Shown: positions 60,836 through 64,000 of the stretch, in pieces
Numbering within the stretch: position 1 is the first letter of the stretch
Layout: each line of letters opens with the position of its first letter
Source of the DNA: Dehalococcoidia bacterium
GTDB lineage: Bacteria > Chloroflexota > Dehalococcoidia > SM23-28-2 > RBG-16-64-32
Direction of reading: 5' to 3'
NCBI GenBank assembly: GCA_963665775.2
Contig: CAXXTF010000002.1
Location: forward strand, 736,001-800,000
DNA length: 64,000 bases
Made by a program: the position numbers and the translations under genes
The notes under the pieces: generated by a model
The model's input: the letters and a program-made list of their open reading frames with translations, nothing else
Database searches by the model: none
Told to the model about the DNA's origin: nothing

Positions 60836-63457
60836 CTACGTTCCACTCTTCCGCGCCCGCTCCGCCAGCTCGTACAGCTTTGTGATCGCCTGCAGCGGCG
60901 TCAGCGAATCCACTTCCAGCTCCGCCAGCTCTCGCGCCAGGACGCCGTCCGCTGCGAACAGGGGGAGCTGCGGCGCCTCCTCTCGCCGACGTCGTGACGC
61001 TGGCGGTGCGCGCCGGTCGGCGGCGGCCTCTAGCTCCTCCAGAAGCTCCTGGGCGCGCAGCACGACCGCCCGCGGCAGGCCGGCCAACTGCGCCACGTGC
61101 ACCCCATAGGAGCGATTGGCGCCGCCCGGGAGGATCCGGTGCAGGAAGACGACCCGGCCCTCCTCCTCCGCCACCGCCACGTTGAAGTTGCGCACCCGGG
61201 GCAGAAACGCGGCCATCGCCACCAGCTCGTGGTAGTGGGTAGCGAACAGCGTCTTCGCCGCCGCCTCCGGCCGGCCGTGGATGAACTCCACCACCGCCCG
61301 CGCGATCGCCATCCCGTCGTAGGTGCTCGTCCCCCGGCCGATCTCGTCGAACAGGAGCAGAGAGCGCGGCGAAGCGCCGTGCAGGATCGCCGCCGTCTCC
61401 AGCATCTCCACCATGAAGGTGGAATGGCCGGCGCCGATGTCATCCAGGGCTCCCAGCCGGCTGAATATCCGGTCCACCAGACCGATGCGTGCCTCGGCCG
61501 CGGGGACGAACGAGCCGACCTGGGCCAACAGAACGACGAGGGCTACCTGGCGCAGGTAGGTGGACTTACCGGCCATGTTGGGGCCGGTAAGGACGATGAT
61601 CTGCGCCTCGCCGCCCGACATCTGCACGTCGTTAGGCACGAACGAGCCCTCGGCCAACATCCGCTCCACCACTGGGTGACGCCCGTCGCGGATCACGATC
61701 TCGTCGCCGTCATCGACGCTGGGACGCACGTAGCCGTAGCGGGCGGCCGCCTCCGCCAGACCGCAGTACACATCGACGACAGCCACCACGGCAGCGGTCT
61801 CCAGGATGCGCCGCCCCTGGGCGGCTACCTGAGCGCAGACCTGACGCAGCAGATTCTGCTCCAGCTCCTGCTGGCGCTCCTGAGCATGCAGGACGCGGAA
61901 CTCGTACTCCTGGAGCTCTGCCAGCGTGAAGCGCTCCCCGCCCACCAGGGTCTGGCGGCGCTGATAATCCGACGGCACGTGCTCCAGGTTCGCCTTCGAC
62001 ACCTCGACGTAGTAACCGAACACCCTGTTGTAACCCACCTTGAGGTTCCTGATACCCGTGCGCTCCCGCTCCCGCCGCTCCAGGTCGGCCAGGTAGCGGC
62101 GGGCATCGCGAGCCGTGGCCCGCAGCCCGTCCAGCTCCTCCGAGAAGCCCGCTCGGATGACCGCCCCCTGCTGCGGGTCGTCGGCGATGGCCCGCGCGAT
62201 GAGATCCGCCGCCTCCCGACAAGGGTGCAGGCCCAATGTCAGCTCCTCGTAGACCGCCTGTTTCCCTCCCAGCGAGGCCGGGTCATGGTCCAGCGCCTCC
62301 CGCAGGGACGGCACGATCTCCAGACCCCGGCGCAGGGCCACCAGATCGCGGGGAACGCTCGCGGCCCCAGCGGCCGCTGCGGCGGCAGAGATGCGCGCCA
62401 GCACCCGCTCCAGATCGGGAATCTTGGCCAGCAGGGCCGCACAGAGACCGCGCCGCACCGCCGAATCGAAGAAAAGCTGCACCCCATCCTGACGCTGACC
62501 TATCGCTGTTATGTCAAGCAGGGGCTGGCCCAGCCACCTCCGCAGGAGGCGCACGCCCATCGGCGTCCTGGTCTGATCCAGTACGGAGAACAGGGAGATC
62601 GCCTCCCCGTCCGACCGCAGTGTCTGAAACAGCTCCAGATTCCGCCGGGTGTTGACGTCCAGCGCCATGAATCCCCCCGCCTGGTAGGGCGAGAGGCGAG
62701 AGATATGGCCCAGGACGGCCCGCTGGCTCTCCTGAAGATAGGCCAGGACGGCACCGGCGGCCCTCGCCGCCAGGGTCAGGCCGGCCAAACCCAACCCCTC
62801 CAGCGACGGCGTCCCGAAGTGCTCCAGAAGGCGCTGAACCGCCCCCTCCGACTCGAAGCTGTCATTGGAGAGAGGGGTCACGCTGGCCGTGACCCCAGCC
62901 GGCGAAGAACCCCCCTCTGGCAGCAACAGCTCAGCGGGGCGCAGCCGCTCCAGTTCGGCGGCCACAGCGTCGGTATCAACCTGGGTACAGGCGAACTCGC
63001 CGGTCGACACGTCCACGTGGGCCAGGCCGGCTTGGCCGTCGCCCGGGAGAACGGCGACCAGGTAGTTGTTGGTGCCGCGGCTCAGGAGGTTCTCCTCAAC
63101 CAACGTGCCCGGGGTCACCACCCGCACCACCTGGCGATCCACCAGCTTCTTCCCCTGGCCCGGCTCACCTGCCCTGAGCGCAGTCGAAGGCTCCATCTGC
63201 TCGCAGATCGCCACCTTGTACCCCTTGCCGATGAGCCGGGCCAGGTACGAGTCCAGAGCGTGATAGGGGATGCCCGCCAGCGGCACCCGCTGTCCCTTCC
63301 CCACCGGCCGCGAGGTAAGGGTGATCTCCAGCTCCCGGGCTATGGTTTCGGCGTCCTCGTCGAACGTCTCGTAGAAATCGCCCAGCCGAAAGAACAGGAT
63401 GGCATGGGGATAGCGCCGCTTCATATCCAGATACTGGCGGCGTAGAGGCGTGGTCAC
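60836..63457 (-). CDS. mutS: DNA mismatch repair protein MutS
   Basis: FFRLGDFYETF, TGPNMAGKST, STFMVEM, DEIGRGT, ATHYHEL. Confidence 0.97.
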   Translation of the reverse strand: MTTPLRRQYLDMKRRYPHAILFFRLGDFYETFDEDAETIARELEITLTSRPVGKGQRVPLAGIPYHALDSYLARLIGKGYKVAICEQMEPSTALRAGEPGQGKKLVDRQVVRVVTPGTLVEENLLSRGTNNYLVAVLPGDGQAGLAHVDVSTGEFACTQVDTDAVAAELERLRPAELLLPEGGSSPAGVTASVTPLSNDSFESEGAVQRLLEHFGTPSLEGLGLAGLTLAARAAGAVLAYLQESQRAVLGHISRLSPYQAGGFMALDVNTRRNLELFQTLRSDGEAISLFSVLDQTRTPMGVRLLRRWLGQPLLDITAIGQRQDGVQLFFDSAVRRGLCAALLAKIPDLERVLARISAAAAAAGAASVPRDLVALRRGLEIVPSLREALDHDPASLGGKQAVYEELTLGLHPCREAADLIARAIADDPQQGAVIRAGFSEELDGLRATARDARRYLADLERRERERTGIRNLKVGYNRVFGYYVEVSKANLEHVPSDYQRRQTLVGGERFTLAELQEYEFRVLHAQERQQELEQNLLRQVCAQVAAQGRRILETAAVVAVVDVYCGLAEAAARYGYVRPSVDDGDEIVIRDGRHPVVERMLAEGSFVPNDVQMSGGEAQIIVLTGPNMAGKSTYLRQVALVVLLAQVGSFVPAAEARIGLVDRIFSRLGALDDIGAGHSTFMVEMLETAAILHGASPRSLLLFDEIGRGTSTYDGMAIARAVVEFIHGRPEAAAKTLFATHYHELVAMAAFLPRVRNFNVAVAEEEGRVVFLHRILPGGANRSYGVHVAQLAGLPRAVVLRAQELLEELEAAADRRAPPASRRRREEAPQLPLFAADGVLARELAELEVDSLTPLQAITKLYELAERARKSGT
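63167..63190 (+). repeat. 24-bp mini-hairpin repeat in frame in mutS
   Basis: ACCTGCCCTGAGCGCAGTCGAAGG; adds PSTALRAG on the coding strand. Confidence 0.8.
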
Positions 63458-63615
63458 AGTCGAACCGCTCCTCCCAAGGCTTAGCGCCGGGGCTCGAGCC
63501 GTATTATACAGCGGCGAGCGATAGGAGTGACTGATCCCGGACTACGGCCGGGACAGAGGCAGTCCGGCTTACCCTCTTCCCGCCCGCCACAGCGGTAATG
63601 CGACCACCGACAACC

Positions 63616-64000
63616 CTAGTCTTTGCTATCGCTCCGTCCGGAGGATGACAGCGTCGTGCGGCGCTTCTTGACCTTTCGAGCCTTGGGCAGCTTGGCATTG
63701 TACGCCCCAACCCCCTGTTTCTCCCGGTAGCCCATCTCCCCTTGCCGCTCCCCCCACTCCTGCTGACTCGCCGCCGCATCCCCCTTCGTGACCGTAGGCC
63801 GTTGCTTGGGCACCTCCAGCTCCGGGTGCACCGTCCCCCCCGACATACGCTTCGCCCTCTTCTGCACCTCCGTCCCGAAGTGCCAGTACGTCCCCTTATC
63901 CGGCAGACGACGCGGATACCCTTCCCGGTAGGTGAAGGCACTGAAGGCAGACATCACCCTCTCACCATCCCGATCACATTCCGGACACGGCACCGCCAGC
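63616..64000 (-). CDS. FmdB-like zinc-ribbon protein (5' end outside window)
   Basis: CPEC..GERVMSAF pattern; frame runs off the window edge. Confidence 0.55.
   Translation of the reverse strand, partial: LAVPCPECDRDGERVMSAFSAFTYREGYPRRLPDKGTYWHFGTEVQKRAKRMSGGTVHPELEVPKQRPTVTKGDAAASQQEWGERQGEMGYREKQGVGAYNAKLPKARKVKKRRTTLSSSGRSDSKD

Noticed and set aside
61097-63445. 782-aa ORF antisense to mutS, and similar long antisense ORFs over ligA, hemW, metE and frdA
   Set aside because: Shadow frames expected from high-GC codon bias; no recognisable motifs.

Overview
High-GC, gene-dense core-genome segment, most consistent with a Chloroflexota (Dehalococcoidia-like) bacterium; the taxonomy is inferred from protein style and gene content, not from a search. 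Genes in order: clpC (5'-truncated), radA, mreBCD-mrdA-rodA, ligA, dispersed his genes (hisH, hisA, hisI, hisF), rplU-rpmA-rpmE-DUF1385, a TCA cluster (icd-like, mdh, split fumarase) convergent on frdABCD, NUDIX-nadK-tlyA, an LPXTG surface protein, tig-clpP-clpX, oppABC-like transporter, aspS, hemW, HDAC, selB, HD/CCA protein-yajC-secDF, def, priA, rplS, phnDCE-like transporter, a DtxR-family regulator, split MetE, an NDP-forming acyl-CoA synthetase subunit, two exported proteins, mutS-ddn-mutL and a partial FmdB-type gene. I saw no rRNA, tRNA, CRISPR array or transposase. The most striking signal is a family of about 24-bp mini-hairpin elements (core CCTGAGC-N2/3-GYCGAAGG). Copies sit in frame in hemW (two, nested), mutS, priA, tlyA, the HD/CCA protein and the CoA-ligase, and one lies between the two metE halves. 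Other points: probable ATC (rplU) and CTG (mreB) start codons, many near-leaderless genes, a Pho-box-like repeat, a structured metE leader, and a nonsense codon inside a 60-bp tandem repeat that cuts a surface protein from its membrane anchor.
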